From Streptococcus sanguinis (GTDB lineage Bacteria; Bacillota; Bacilli; Lactobacillales; Streptococcaceae): 64,000 bases of DNA. Positions 51,884 to 62,989 of this stretch are shown here, one piece after another; the stretch's first letter is position 1; the number at the start of each line of letters is the position of its first letter. The notes beneath the pieces were generated by a model. It worked only from the letters and a program-made list of their open reading frames with translations, made no database searches and was not told where the DNA came from. Where the stretch lies: positions 22,919-86,918 of the forward strand of contig CAUUZZ010000001.1 in assembly GCA_963549775.1 (NCBI GenBank). The letters are read 5' to 3'. The position numbers and the translations under genes are program-made.

Positions 51884-52099
51884 TTAATGAGCCTGATACT
51901 CTTCCCAAATCGCATCAAACTCACCCAAGTTAAAGGAAAAATTTGCATGCTCCTCCAGAAAACGACTGACCTCATCAAAATCATCCGTATGCTTGGGAAA
52001 GGCCGTATCCTGAAAAGCTAAGTCCGCCAAAATAGCCTTGGGTTCCTTGCTCTTAGGATTGCGCTCTGTCATCAGCCAGCTGTAAAAAGATTTTCTCAT
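51884..52099 (-). CDS. YozE-family protein
   Basis: [14 protein letters not shown]. Confidence 0.88.
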
Positions 52100-52161
52100 A
52101 GGTTCCTTTCATTTCTTTAAGATCGTATCCTTCCAGGCATAAACTCTAGATACGAGACTCT

Positions 52162-53022
52162 CTATCCTCGCACCAACTCTGTTCCAGTCGGGTCCTGCTT
52201 GATTTTACCAGCTTTCATCAGCCCACCCAGAGCTTTTTTAAACTGGCCTTTGGAAATGCCAAAGGTAGCCTTGATGTCGTCTGGTGAAGACTTGTCGTTC
52301 AAGGTCATAAAGCCGCCATTGCTCTCCAGGTAGGTCAGAATCATCTGAGCATCGTTTTCCAGCATTTCAAAGGAACGAGGCTTGAGGGAGAGGTTAAGGG
52401 TGCGGTCTACTTCACGGAAGCCAATCACCCGTGCGTCCAAGACCTGACCGAGACGAGGCTCTGCATAGCGCTCACTTGGATGGATGAAGCCCAACATATT
52501 ATTTTCCGGCAGGTAGACAAAGGTGCCGGAAAGCTTGAGCCGATAGACGATGGCCGGCCAGTTTTGGTTCTGCATGTTATTATAAGCAGGGCGAGCCAGA
52601 CGCTGAAAATCCTCCTGATAAGCCAGTTGGCCCCAGATGCGATCTTTCTTGTCCACATCCAGACGGATATAAAGGCGGTCGCCCTTCTTAGGCCAGAGTT
52701 CCTTGATCTCTGGCAAGATATCTAATGACACGACAATCTGCTTATCCGGCAGACCGGTATCGACAAAGACGCCTAGATCCTTGCGAACCTCCGTTACTGT
52801 TCCCCAGCCAAACTGCTCTTGAGTAGCCGTGACTTCAAGAGTTGTCAGACGAAGCTTCTGCTTCATATCGCTGTAGGCAAAACCTTTGACAGACTGCCCT
52901 AACTCATGCGCCCCCTCTTCCTTAGAAAGAGCGTAAACCTGACCGTCCTTTTGAACAAAGTAAAAGCGATCATTTTCATCCGTGATGATACCCACGATGA
53001 AACTGGCAAGATTTGTATTCAT
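52162..53022 (-). CDS. cvfB: CvfB-family S1 RNA-binding protein
   Basis: S1 repeats; FGISKGQFKKALG winged helix; synteny with frr. Confidence 0.88.
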   Translation of the reverse strand: MNTNLASFIVGIITDENDRFYFVQKDGQVYALSKEEGAHELGQSVKGFAYSDMKQKLRLTTLEVTATQEQFGWGTVTEVRKDLGVFVDTGLPDKQIVVSLDILPEIKELWPKKGDRLYIRLDVDKKDRIWGQLAYQEDFQRLARPAYNNMQNQNWPAIVYRLKLSGTFVYLPENNMLGFIHPSERYAEPRLGQVLDARVIGFREVDRTLNLSLKPRSFEMLENDAQMILTYLESNGGFMTLNDKSSPDDIKATFGISKGQFKKALGGLMKAGKIKQDPTGTELVRG

Positions 53023-53126
53023 ATAGACCTATTTTCTACCTTGCTTCTTCAAACGGGGCAAGGATTTTTGATGTTAAAACAACTCAGTCAGCCAAAGCCA
53101 ACTGAGTTTTGATTCTGATAAAAATG

Positions 53127-53684
53127 TTAAACTTCTAAAAGTTCTTTTTCTTTATTTGCTGTCATCTCATCGATATGTTTGACAGCATCGTCCGTTACTT
53201 TTTGAATATCCTTTTCCAAAGTCTTCAATTCATCTTCAGTGATTTCTTTGGCTTTTTCCTGCTTCTTAGCTTCGTCCATAGCATCGCGGCGGATGTTACG
53301 GATAGCAACTTTAGCATTTTCACCGACTTTTTTCACTTCTTTAGCCAAGTCACGACGGGTTTCCTCTGTCAGAGCTGGAATGACCAGACGAATCACAGAG
53401 CCATCGCTAGCTGGCGTAATTCCAAGATCAGAAGCATTAAGCGCACGCTCAATGTCCTTGATAGAAGATTTGTCAAAAGGTGTCACCAAAAGAACACGCG
53501 CTTCCGGAATCGTAATAGAAGCGATTTGATTGAGCGGAGTTTCTACTCCATAGTACTCAACATGGATGCGGTCCAAAAGGCTGGCATTGGCGCGACCTGC
53601 ACGGATGCTGCCAAATTCACGAGCCAGACTTTGGTGCGAGTGGATCATTCTTTCTTTTGCTTTTTCTACAATTGCATTTGCCAT
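53127..53684 (-). CDS. frr: Ribosome recycling factor
   Basis: IRAGRAN, YYG, RNIRRD. Confidence 0.98.
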   Translation of the reverse strand: MANAIVEKAKERMIHSHQSLAREFGSIRAGRANASLLDRIHVEYYGVETPLNQIASITIPEARVLLVTPFDKSSIKDIERALNASDLGITPASDGSVIRLVIPALTEETRRDLAKEVKKVGENAKVAIRNIRRDAMDEAKKQEKAKEITEDELKTLEKDIQKVTDDAVKHIDEMTANKEKELLEV

Positions 53685-53703
53685 GAGTTTCTAATCTCCG
53701 TTC

Positions 53704-54429
53704 TTATAAATTATTTGATACTGTAGTTCCGATTTGCTCGCCGATAACAACGCGTTTGATATTGCCCGGCTCATTCATATTAAAGACAACCAAGTCAATG
53801 TCATTGTCCATAGACAGGGTCGAAGCCGTTGAGTCCATAATCCGCAGTCCCTTACTGATGACATCCCGGTGGGTCAGTTCATCAAACTTAACAGCGGTCT
53901 TGTCTTTCTTAGGATCGGCATTGTAAACACCATCCACGCCATTTTTAGCCATGAGAATCGCATCTGCTTCAATCTCTGCTGATCGCAAGGCAGCGGTTGT
54001 ATCGGTTGAAAAATAAGGAGAACCAATACCTGCACCGAAAATTACGATACGGCCTTTTTCCAGATGACGAAGGGCTCGACCTCGGATGTAAGGCTCAGCT
54101 ACTTGCTGCATAGCAATCGCTGTCTGCACGCGCGTGTCAACACCTACCTGCTGCAGCGAATCCGCCATGACTAGCGCATTCATGACAGTGCCCAACATAC
54201 CAGTATAGTCGGCCTGCACGCGGTCCATGCCCGCTTCTGCTGCCGGCTCACCCCGCCAAAGGTTTCCGCCTCCGATAACTAGAGCAATCTGAACTCCCAA
54301 ATCGTGAACTTCTTTGATTTCTTCCGCCATCTTCTGAACGGTTTGAATATCAATACCAACGCCTTTTTCACCAGCAAGAGCTTCACCTGACAACTTAATC
54401 AAAATACGCTTATACTTAGGTTCTACCAT
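53704..54429 (-). CDS. pyrH: UMP kinase
   Basis: KLSGEAL, GGGN, FSTD. Confidence 0.98.
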
Positions 54430-54623
54430 TTTTTTACTCCTTATTTTATCTGTACTATTTTACCACATTTTGTGATTTTTATATAGTTAAATCACCGAAA
54501 TTTTTCTTTTTTCCTTTTTGCAAAATAGCAGAGCAGACTAGCTCATTTCACAAAAAAACCAGCCCCATCATAAGATAGGACTGGGAAGTAAAAACTTCAA
54601 TCATTTTTCACATAATCCACTCA

Positions 54624-56072
54624 CTACTTGAGCGACTGTTTCCTTTCACGCTTAGCCAAAATTGGCAGGATGACACCCAGACTGATCAAGACGATTGGCG
54701 TCAGGATATTTGTCAAGAGAGAGAATTGCCAGCCAGCTGGGTCTTTGGCAAAGTCTACTTTGGGAACCATCCCTAAAATGCAGGCAAAGGCTGTAAAGAG
54801 GAAGCACCAAGCTCCGATGGCAAAGCCAACTTTTGGATTTTTGGTAAACTTGTACTCGGCATCCTTGTACTTCTTCCAGGCCTTGTTCAACATCATGTAG
54901 GCCAGGAATACCCAGAGATACCGCATTGGCATAACGATGGAGTTGAGGTTGGTCATCCATTTGACCAGACCGTCAATTTCTTTGATTCCAAAGATAGGCA
55001 GAATAATTAGTAAGCTAACCAAAATCCCAGTCAGGATGTAACCGTTAATTAGGACTCCTTTTGATGTCCGCTTGCGCAGCCAACTTGGGACAAACTCTTC
55101 ATCGGCATTATTGAGCATGATTTGCAGAGGCGCGTCAATAGAGAAAGCCAGTGCAGCAATCTGTCCAACCATGTTGGTCAGGGCATAGATGACTACTAGT
55201 ACATTGCCCACTCCCCAGTAGTTGCCCAGCTTTTGGAAGGCTTGGTAAGCGCCGTTTCGCATCAGGTCTTCAGGAATATTGCTGCCATCAAAAAGCATGC
55301 CCATAGCTATAGAGCCTAGGATAGCAGATGCACCAACCATGACAGCCATGACAATCATCCCCTTTGGAAATTCCTTGGCTGGATTGCGTGTTTGGTTAAC
55401 GTAAGGAGATATTTTCTCAGCCCCGCCGACCGCAAAGACTAAGAGGGAGATAGTCGTGAAATAAGAGAAGTCAAAGTTGGGAATGTAAGTGCTAAGCTTA
55501 TCCATATTAGCCGTCGCAAACTGCATGTCAGGTTTGATAAAAGGTGCCCCGACTGCTAAGAGGACAAAGAGGAAAGACATAATCAGCATGGCACTTCCTG
55601 CCAAGCCCCCAATCACCTTGAGCGTGGACAGCCCCTTGGTAGACAAGTAGAGAAAGGCACCGAAAATCAGCAAGCTAAGAATAACAATCCAGTGAATATC
55701 AAGACTGCTCAAAAAGTCGCCATTTCCCTGAATAGCCCAGCCCAGCGGAATCAAGACTCCCTGAGGTTTCTGAGCTAGATAAGGAATGTGTACCACCCAG
55801 TAAGTCCAGGCCGCAAAATAAGCCAGCCGCTTGGTAGAGGTCTTCTCCACCCAGTCACTGACACCGCCTCCGCTCTCCTTAAAAGTCGAGCCTAGCTGCC
55901 CCACGATGAGAGCATAGGGAATAAAGTAAATAGCCAGGATAAGAATCCAAGAAACAATCACTGAAATGCCCTGCTGAGAGTAGTTATTAACCACATTCCC
56001 CAGACCCCAGACCATATTAAAAGCAATCAGAGATACCATCAGCCAGGTTAGCTGGTTCTGATCTTTTTTCAT
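54624..56072 (-). CDS. APC-family amino acid permease
   Basis: About 12 TMs; FAVGGAE; cre-like TGTAATCGTTATCA at 56138-56151. Confidence 0.88.
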   Translation of the reverse strand: MKKDQNQLTWLMVSLIAFNMVWGLGNVVNNYSQQGISVIVSWILILAIYFIPYALIVGQLGSTFKESGGGVSDWVEKTSTKRLAYFAAWTYWVVHIPYLAQKPQGVLIPLGWAIQGNGDFLSSLDIHWIVILSLLIFGAFLYLSTKGLSTLKVIGGLAGSAMLIMSFLFVLLAVGAPFIKPDMQFATANMDKLSTYIPNFDFSYFTTISLLVFAVGGAEKISPYVNQTRNPAKEFPKGMIVMAVMVGASAILGSIAMGMLFDGSNIPEDLMRNGAYQAFQKLGNYWGVGNVLVVIYALTNMVGQIAALAFSIDAPLQIMLNNADEEFVPSWLRKRTSKGVLINGYILTGILVSLLIILPIFGIKEIDGLVKWMTNLNSIVMPMRYLWVFLAYMMLNKAWKKYKDAEYKFTKNPKVGFAIGAWCFLFTAFACILGMVPKVDFAKDPAGWQFSLLTNILTPIVLISLGVILPILAKRERKQSLK

Positions 56073-56200
56073 GACACCGTCTCCTTTTATTATAAAATAA
56101 ATTGATTCGATATTATTATAACATGTTTCTATGAGTTTGTAATCGTTATCAGCATTTTTATTTCAAAAAAAGAACTACCCGAAGGCAGTTCAATTAATTC

Positions 56201-56890
56201 TTAAAGTGAGTTTACGTCAACCTTGATACCAACACCTTGTGTAGTAGTGATAGTCAGGTTGGTTACGTAAGTACCTTTAGCAGTAGCTGGTTTCGCTTTT
56301 TGGATTGTGTCGTTGAAAGCTTTGAAGTTTTCAACCAACTTGTCAGCTTCAAATGAAACTTTACCGATGATAGCTTGTACGATACCTGCACGGTCAGCAC
56401 GGTAAGTGATTTTACCACCTTTAGACTCTTCAACTGCTTTAGCAACATCCATTGTTACAGTACCAGTTTTAGGGTTTGGCATCAAGTTACGTGGTCCAAG
56501 GACACGTCCAAGACGTCCAACAAGAGCCATCATGTCAGGTGTAGCGATAACTACGTCGAAGTCCAACCAACCGTCGTTGATTTTAGCAACAAGGTCGTCT
56601 TCACCAACGAAGTCTGCACCAGCAGCTTTTGCTTCTTCAGCTTTTGCACCACGTGCAAATACAAGAACGCGAGCTGTTTTACCAGTACCGTTTGGCAATA
56701 CCATTGCTCCACGGATTTGTTGGTCAGCTTTTTTCACGTCGATGTTCAAGTTGTAAGCAACTTCTACAGTTGCGTCAAATTTTGCAAAGTTAGTTTCTTT
56801 TGCAAGTGCTACAGCTTCTTCTACGCTGTATGCTTTTGTGCTGTCGATTTTTTCAAGAGCAGCACGAAGTTGTTTGCTTTTTTTAGCCAT
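56201..56890 (-). CDS. rplA: 50S ribosomal protein L1
   Basis: [15 protein letters not shown]. Confidence 0.99.
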   Translation of the reverse strand: MAKKSKQLRAALEKIDSTKAYSVEEAVALAKETNFAKFDATVEVAYNLNIDVKKADQQIRGAMVLPNGTGKTARVLVFARGAKAEEAKAAGADFVGEDDLVAKINDGWLDFDVVIATPDMMALVGRLGRVLGPRNLMPNPKTGTVTMDVAKAVEESKGGKITYRADRAGIVQAIIGKVSFEADKLVENFKAFNDTIQKAKPATAKGTYVTNLTITTTQGVGIKVDVNSL

Positions 56891-56909
56891 TTTATCTTTC
56901 TCCTTGTAA

Positions 56910-56936
56910 GTGGTTCAATCGATTTTCATCTCCCAC
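56910..56936 (-). promoter_or_regulatory. Putative L1-binding site upstream of rplA
   Basis: GTGGGAG...AACCAC immediately before the SD. Confidence 0.6.
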
Positions 56937-56991
56937 GTCACTCGTCAATCTGATCAAGTGTAGTGCGGGCAAATGGGACGAGCGTTATTGA

Positions 56992-57417
56992 TTAGTCAAC
57001 AACAGTGAATCCCATAGAACGAGCAGTACCTTCAATCATACGCATTGCAGACTCGATGTTTGCAGCGTTCAAATCTGGCATCTTAGTTTCAGCAATTTCT
57101 TGTACTTGCGCACGAGTAACTGTTGCAACTTTCGTTTTGTTTGGTTCACCTGAACCTTTTTCAACACCTGCAGCTTTCTTCAAAAGAACAGCAGCTGGTG
57201 GAGTCTTAGTCACGAAAGTGAATGATTTGTCTTCGTATACTGAGATAACAACTGGAATAATCATACCAGCTTGATCAGCTGTACGAGCGTTGAACTCCTT
57301 AGTGAATCCCATAATGTTGATACCGGCTTGACCAAGCGCAGGACCAACTGGTGGAGCTGGAGTAGCTTTACCAGCAGGGATTTGCAATTTTACAAGTTTT
57401 TCGACTTTTTTAGCCAT
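56992..57417 (-). CDS. rplK: 50S ribosomal protein L11
   Basis: [15 protein letters not shown]. Confidence 0.99.
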   Translation of the reverse strand: MAKKVEKLVKLQIPAGKATPAPPVGPALGQAGINIMGFTKEFNARTADQAGMIIPVVISVYEDKSFTFVTKTPPAAVLLKKAAGVEKGSGEPNKTKVATVTRAQVQEIAETKMPDLNAANIESAMRMIEGTARSMGFTVVD

Positions 57418-57433
57418 TTTTAAATCCTCCTTT

Positions 57434-57470
57434 GTGGTTTTGGCGGTAAATAAAGATTTTTACCTCCCAC
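57434..57470 (-). promoter_or_regulatory. Putative L1-binding leader upstream of rplK
   Basis: GTGGGAGGTAAA...TTTACC GCCAAAACCAC before AAAGGAGG. Confidence 0.65.
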
Positions 57471-57568
57471 AAGTATGCTTTTCGCATACCTTTCTATTAT
57501 ACACTAAACTTTGTTAAATGCAAGGAATTTTATCTTCTTTTTTGAATTTTTTGTGGTAAAATAATCTT

Positions 57569-57916
57569 ATGACACTATTAAAGATTGCTTCGATTTTATT
57601 TATCTTTTTAACTTTGATTTTAACCACTATTACTGTGCGAGTTTTTCAATTAAGAAAATACGGTTTAAACTTTGCGGACTTGGCTTTTCCGCTTTTTGTT
57701 GTGGAATTTTATATCATTTCAGACAAGGCCTACTATCATAGCTTGCTGCCCCAGCTGACCCTAGCTCTCTCAGTTCTCGCTATCGCCATCACTATCTATT
57801 TTCTCAAGAAAAAACAAAGCTTCTACTATCCTAAGTTCTTTAAGTTCTTCTGGCGAGCTGGATTTCTTTTGACCTTCTTCATGTACCTAGCCATGGTCAT
57901 CGGACTCTTTTTGTAA
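57569..57916 (+). CDS. DUF3397-like small membrane protein
   Basis: Hydrophobic; KFFKFFWR; typical neighbour of ftsK. Confidence 0.78.
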   Translation: MTLLKIASILFIFLTLILTTITVRVFQLRKYGLNFADLAFPLFVVEFYIISDKAYYHSLLPQLTLALSVLAIAITIYFLKKKQSFYYPKFFKFFWRAGFLLTFFMYLAMVIGLFL

Positions 57917-58025
57917 CAATGTCAAATAAAATCCATCGGTTATTAGATAGCCGATGGGTTTTTCATATGTGAGATTCACAAGTCATTCTTTTACCGAGAA
58001 AAAGGGCCTTCCTATTCTCCTAGTC

Positions 58026-58412
58026 TTATTCGTGAATCTCCAGAGGCAGGCCATCCGGATCAAAGAAGAAAGCCATCTTACGGCCGTCGAAGTCGTCATA
58101 GCGCAGCTCAGTATGGGGAATCTCTAAACGATCAAATTCCTCCAACATTTTTTCGACATTTGTCACTCGGAAGGCAAGATGCCGCAGACCTGTATGCTCT
58201 GGATGCGGCAAGGCTGGCCTCTTGGGAGCTTCTTCCTTGATAAAAATTTCCAGAGTCAGATTTCCCTTGCGGACATTAAAGAGAATATCATGCTTGTCCG
58301 GCCGGTGGTGCTCATCCAGCTGCTCAAAGCCTAGCTTTTCCACATAAAACTCCCTAGTTTTGGCATAATCATGACCGATGATAGCTATATGGTGAATGGT
58401 GTCTAGTTTCAT
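58026..58412 (-). CDS. VOC/glyoxalase-family protein
   Basis: IHHIAI, GLRHLAF, FDPDGLPLE. Confidence 0.92.
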   Translation of the reverse strand: MKLDTIHHIAIIGHDYAKTREFYVEKLGFEQLDEHHRPDKHDILFNVRKGNLTLEIFIKEEAPKRPALPHPEHTGLRHLAFRVTNVEKMLEEFDRLEIPHTELRYDDFDGRKMAFFFDPDGLPLEIHE

Positions 58413-58525
58413 ACCTTATTTTCCTTTCCTTGGCAATGTGTAAGTAGAGAAAATCTGCCGGCTGACTGCTGGCAGATTTGTTTTTATTGAATAATTATCT
58501 TACTAGCAGACAAGTGAAATTAGAA

Positions 58526-60832
58526 TCAATTCGTCTGCAAAACCTTTCTCGGCTTGGTTCCTTCGGCAGGACCGATAACCCCAGCTGCTTCTAACTCTTC
58601 CATGAGACGAGTAGCCCGGTTAAAGCCGACCGAGAGTCGCCGCTGAATCATAGAAGCACTGGCCTTCTGGGTCTCGATAACCAAGGCCTTGGCTTCTTCA
58701 AATAGGGGATCTCCTCCATCATCTCCACTGCCAGACTCCATCTCGCTTTCAGATACTTCACCCGGATCAAAGCTATCGTCATAATCAGCTTCAGCTTGGT
58801 TCTTGACAAAGGCTACGATTCGCTCCACATCTTCATCTGAGATAAAGGAGCCCTGCAGACGAACCGGGTGGTTTTCATCAATAGGCTTAAAGAGCATATC
58901 CCCACGTCCCAAAAGTTTTTCCGCTCCATTTTCATCCAGAATGGTCCGACTGTCTGTCCCGCTGGACACAGCAAAGGCAATCCGAGAGGGCACATTGGCC
59001 TTGATTAGACCCGAGATAACATCTACAGATGGCCGCTGGGTAGCCAGAATCATGTGAATCCCAGCTGCACGCGCTTTTTGTCCCAGACGGATAATGGCGT
59101 CTTCCACTTCCTTGCTGGCCACCATCATAAGGTCAGCCAGCTCGTCCACGATGACGACGATTAAAGGCAGGGGAACCTGCTTGTATTCTGACTGAGCATT
59201 GTACTCAGCTACTTTAGCATTGTAGCCGGCAATGTTACGGGCACCGACCTTAGAGAAGAGTTCATAGCGGTTTTCCATCTCGTCTACAACCTTCTGCAGG
59301 GCACGGCTGGCCTTGCGAGGATTGGTTACGACTGGGATAAGCAAGTGGGGAATGTCATTATAAACGGACAGCTCCACCATCTTAGGATCCACCATCATAA
59401 ACTTGACTTCATCCGGTCTGGCCTTCATGAGAATGCTGGCGATAATGCCGTTGACAGCCACAGATTTACCAGAGCCAGTAGAGCCCGCTACCAAGAGATG
59501 GGGCATCTTAGCCAAGTCAAAGGAGCGGACAGAGCCGTTGACAGCCTTACCGAGTGGGATTTCTAGGAGCTTACTAGCATCCGTCTTGGACTGATCCCAG
59601 AGTTCTCGGAAAGTCACGGTCGCAACTTCAGAGTTGGGCACTTCAATCCCGACCAGGGATTTCCCAGGAATCGGCGCCTCAATCCGCACATCCTTAGCAG
59701 CTAGGGCAAGAGCCAAGTCATCAGCCAGATTGGAAATCCGATTAACCCGAACACCGACAGCTGGCTTGACCTCGTACTTAGTGACGGAAGGTCCGATTTC
59801 AGCCCGCTCAACAGCAGCCTTTATCCCAAAACTAGCAAAGGTCTCTTCCAAAATCTTAATATTGTCTCGGACAATGCGTTTTTCCTTGGACTGGTTTTTA
59901 GGCTTATCAGGCGCAAAGAGATTGATGGTCGGCAGCTTGTAGTCCAAACTTTCCTTGGCCGTAAAATCCACCTCAACATCTGCGTCTACGTCTGCTTCCT
60001 CCGCCTCTTCTTCGCGACCAAAGTCCAGAGGTTCATGAGGATCATACTCTCCCAGTTCCTCATAGTCTGCCTCATCAAAGTCCACAGCTGTATCTGACAA
60101 GTCCTCGTCATCTAAAATCTCTCCTGTTTCAGGATCGACTTCAGCTTCTTCTTGCTCTACTTCAATGGCTTGCATCGCTGCCTGTGCAGCTTTCTCTTCC
60201 TGCTCCAGGAAACGAAGCTGTCGCTTTTCTTCCTGCTTCTCTCTCCAATTTTGAAAAGCAGCCATAGCCTTTTCTGAAATGTCATAGATAGACCAAGGGC
60301 TCATAAGCAGACCGCCCAAAAGAATGAGGAGCAGGCCGAAGAAATAAGAACCGATATTTGAAAAAAGGAAAGAGATAGGTGCGTATAAGAGAGAGCCCAG
60401 CAGGCCGCCTCCCGCGAAGGAGCTAACCTTAAAGGCTGTCAGATCAGTCAAGACCCTGCCTAGAGTTGTGGATAAGACAGCTGCCCCTTCTAGCTTCAAC
60501 ACACTGACAAAATAAGCTTGGAAAATTAACTCCAATCCCAAAAAGAGGCTGATAAATCCTGAAACTGTCCCTTCGTGCTTGTGCAGCCACTTGAAAAAAA
60601 AGAGATAGCCAAAGCTGGCCAGAATAGCCAGATAGGCTAAGCTTCCTACCAAGAGGCGAATCATATTATAAATGGTGACCCCAAAGGCGCCTAGCTTAAT
60701 TGCTGCAAACAAAAGAATAAGAGCCAATACAAAGGTGGCAATCATTCTCTTTATTGCTTTTTGTCTTTCTAATTCTGCTTTTGTCGGCCGACGAGTTGTC
60801 CGGCCTTTTTTCGTGTTTTTCTTAGTTGCCAT
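58526..60832 (-). CDS. ftsK: DNA translocase FtsK
   Basis: N-terminal TMs; [15 protein letters not shown]; gamma domain. Confidence 0.97.
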   Translation of the reverse strand: MATKKNTKKGRTTRRPTKAELERQKAIKRMIATFVLALILLFAAIKLGAFGVTIYNMIRLLVGSLAYLAILASFGYLFFFKWLHKHEGTVSGFISLFLGLELIFQAYFVSVLKLEGAAVLSTTLGRVLTDLTAFKVSSFAGGGLLGSLLYAPISFLFSNIGSYFFGLLLILLGGLLMSPWSIYDISEKAMAAFQNWREKQEEKRQLRFLEQEEKAAQAAMQAIEVEQEEAEVDPETGEILDDEDLSDTAVDFDEADYEELGEYDPHEPLDFGREEEAEEADVDADVEVDFTAKESLDYKLPTINLFAPDKPKNQSKEKRIVRDNIKILEETFASFGIKAAVERAEIGPSVTKYEVKPAVGVRVNRISNLADDLALALAAKDVRIEAPIPGKSLVGIEVPNSEVATVTFRELWDQSKTDASKLLEIPLGKAVNGSVRSFDLAKMPHLLVAGSTGSGKSVAVNGIIASILMKARPDEVKFMMVDPKMVELSVYNDIPHLLIPVVTNPRKASRALQKVVDEMENRYELFSKVGARNIAGYNAKVAEYNAQSEYKQVPLPLIVVIVDELADLMMVASKEVEDAIIRLGQKARAAGIHMILATQRPSVDVISGLIKANVPSRIAFAVSSGTDSRTILDENGAEKLLGRGDMLFKPIDENHPVRLQGSFISDEDVERIVAFVKNQAEADYDDSFDPGEVSESEMESGSGDDGGDPLFEEAKALVIETQKASASMIQRRLSVGFNRATRLMEELEAAGVIGPAEGTKPRKVLQTN

Positions 60833-60962
60833 AACCCTTATTATACCATATTTGAGCCTTAGATGAGAAATCTTTTATCTAAATCATAAGCAAAAAACTT
60901 ATTTATCCACGCAAAAAGAACTGGACTAGCCAGTTCTCATTTCACTATCACGTAATTTCTTA

Positions 60963-61145
60963 TTATGCCTCTGGCATAACCGCCCAGGCAATCAAGTAAG
61001 CCAAGACACCTGTACCTGCCACACAGACCAAAAGAATCCAAATAACACGAACCAAGGTTGGATCTAAATCAAAGTAGTTTGCGATACCAGCACATACACC
61101 AGCGATTTTTTTGTTCTTGACATCTCTTGTCAGTCTTTTCTCCAT
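60963..61145 (-). CDS. PspC-domain membrane protein
   Basis: RLTR..NKKIAGVCAGIA..DPTLVR. Confidence 0.9.
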   Translation of the reverse strand: MEKRLTRDVKNKKIAGVCAGIANYFDLDPTLVRVIWILLVCVAGTGVLAYLIAWAVMPEA

Positions 61146-61370
61146 GGAAAACACCCCTTATTATTTTTAATCTATTCATTTTACCATATTCTTTCATCAT
61201 GCACAAGTCTGCCTACTACTACTAAACTTCTTCTGTATTTAAAACTTCATCTTATCAAGATAAACGTAATCGCCCTACCTTTCTTTTAACAAGTCCCAGC
61301 AAAACTCTTGTTCTTGTGTTAGAATAGAGGAAATTCTAATTAACAGTAAAAACATTTCAGGAGGAAGATA

Positions 61371-61790
61371 ATGCGAGCTGGAGTCATTCTTTACAATCCC
61401 CAAACCAAGCAGATACTGCTCATCCACCGCTGGAAAAATGGAGAAGAGTATTTTGTGATACCGGGAGGCGGAGCCGAGTCAGGTGAGACTGCAGTCCAAG
61501 CAGCTCAGAGAGAAATTCAGGAAGAGCTGGGTTGGAGCTTGTCTGAAAAGCAGCTGCAGCCAGCCTTTACTTTCAGAAATGGCCACCGCCTAGAAATCTA
61601 TTTCCATGCCACTATCAGCCATACATCAACGCCAATGATTCAGGGCGAGGAATCCCTTCGCAGTCATACCCAGAATATCTATCAACCTGAATGGTTAGAC
61701 ATAGAAGCAATTTGCGGCCTAAACTTACGGCCATCAGGACTTAAAAATCTGCTTCTGGATTGTCTGACACAGGAGGGTTTGAAAAACTAG
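61371..61790 (+). CDS. NUDIX hydrolase
   Basis: GGGAESGETAVQAAQREIQEELG. Confidence 0.9.
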   Translation: MRAGVILYNPQTKQILLIHRWKNGEEYFVIPGGGAESGETAVQAAQREIQEELGWSLSEKQLQPAFTFRNGHRLEIYFHATISHTSTPMIQGEESLRSHTQNIYQPEWLDIEAICGLNLRPSGLKNLLLDCLTQEGLKN

Positions 61791-61844
61791 CTTAATTGTA
61801 GTAAAATATCAGTAGTTTACAATCTAATGCGAGAAAGGTTTTAT

Positions 61845-62663
61845 ATGAAAAAAATTCTTCTTATCAGCCTCTTATCAGGACTTGTCTTGGCTGGCTGCTC
61901 TGGTAAAGGTAAGAAAGAGGAGACTACTAGCTCCTCCAACTCATCCAGCAGTTCCTCTCTAGTGAGCTCTAGCTCTGACCCAGAGGAAACCAGCAAACTC
62001 CGTGAGCAATTCAAGGATGCCATGACCAACGAAAATGCCAATTTTCCGCAGCTATCTACAGAAGTTGCTGAAGATGAAGCGGAAGTCAAGTTGATAACGA
62101 CTGAAGGCGATATCCGCATCAAGCTCTTTCCAAAACAAGCCCCACTAGCCGTTGAAAACTTCCTGACCCATGCTAAGGAAGGCTACTATGACGGCGTTTT
62201 ATTCCACCGCGTTATCAATGAATTTATGATTCAGACCGGAGATCCTAAAGGCAACGGCACTGGAGGCGAGTCTATCTGGAAGGGCAAAGACAAGTCTAAA
62301 GACTCTGGAAACGGCTTTAAAAATGAGTATTCTCCATATCTCTATAATATTCGTGGTGCCCTATCCATGGCTAATGCAGGCCCTGGTACCAATGGCAGTC
62401 AGTTCTTCATCAATCAAAGCAAGAAAGATTTGACTAGCCAAATGTCTACGGATTCCTTCCCCGCTAAAATCATCGAAGCCTATAAAAACGGTGGAAATCC
62501 TACTTTAGATGGCGGTGCTTATACCGTATTTGGCCAAGTGTTGGAAGGTATGGATGTGGTGGACAAAATCGCTGCCGCAGAAACAGACGATAATGACAAG
62601 CCTAAAAAAGATATCAAGATTGAAAAAATCGAGATTATCAAGGACTATGACTTCAGCAAATAA
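61845..62663 (+). CDS. Cyclophilin-type peptidyl-prolyl isomerase lipoprotein (SlrA/PpiA-like)
   Basis: Lipobox LAGC; FHRVI, QTGD, SMANAG, SQFFI. Confidence 0.93.
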   Translation: MKKILLISLLSGLVLAGCSGKGKKEETTSSSNSSSSSSLVSSSSDPEETSKLREQFKDAMTNENANFPQLSTEVAEDEAEVKLITTEGDIRIKLFPKQAPLAVENFLTHAKEGYYDGVLFHRVINEFMIQTGDPKGNGTGGESIWKGKDKSKDSGNGFKNEYSPYLYNIRGALSMANAGPGTNGSQFFINQSKKDLTSQMSTDSFPAKIIEAYKNGGNPTLDGGAYTVFGQVLEGMDVVDKIAAAETDDNDKPKKDIKIEKIEIIKDYDFSK

Positions 62664-62698
62664 GCTTGCTGCCCAACCAATAAAGGAGGGAAATCAAT

Positions 62699-62935
62699 AT
62701 GATTATCTGGGGATATAAAGGTTATCAGAAAAACGTAGGACAGACCCAAAGCAATATCGAGTGTGCCAACTGCCACAACGTCGCACCTTGGGAAATTATT
62801 GAAACCGGCCGAAAGTTTACACTCTATTGGATTCCAACCTTTCCTTACGGTAGAAAACATTACCTCATCTGCCCTGTCTGTCAGCATGGCAAACAGATTG
62901 AAAAGCAGGAAATCGAGCAGTTTTTGAATTATTAG
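62699..62935 (+). CDS. Zinc-ribbon domain protein
   Basis: CANC...FTLYWIP...CPVC; AAGGAGG SD. Confidence 0.82.
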   Translation: MIIWGYKGYQKNVGQTQSNIECANCHNVAPWEIIETGRKFTLYWIPTFPYGRKHYLICPVCQHGKQIEKQEIEQFLNY

Positions 62936-62989
62936 CAACAGAAAGAGACGATTCTCAATGAACCGTCTCTTTTCCTTTATTAAATTTTA

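Noticed and set aside
48656..54537. Exact 16-mer AAAATAGCAGAGCAGA upstream of both ybeY and pyrH
   Set aside because: About one 16-nt match is expected by chance in 64 kb, and a near copy occurs inside the catE coding sequence.
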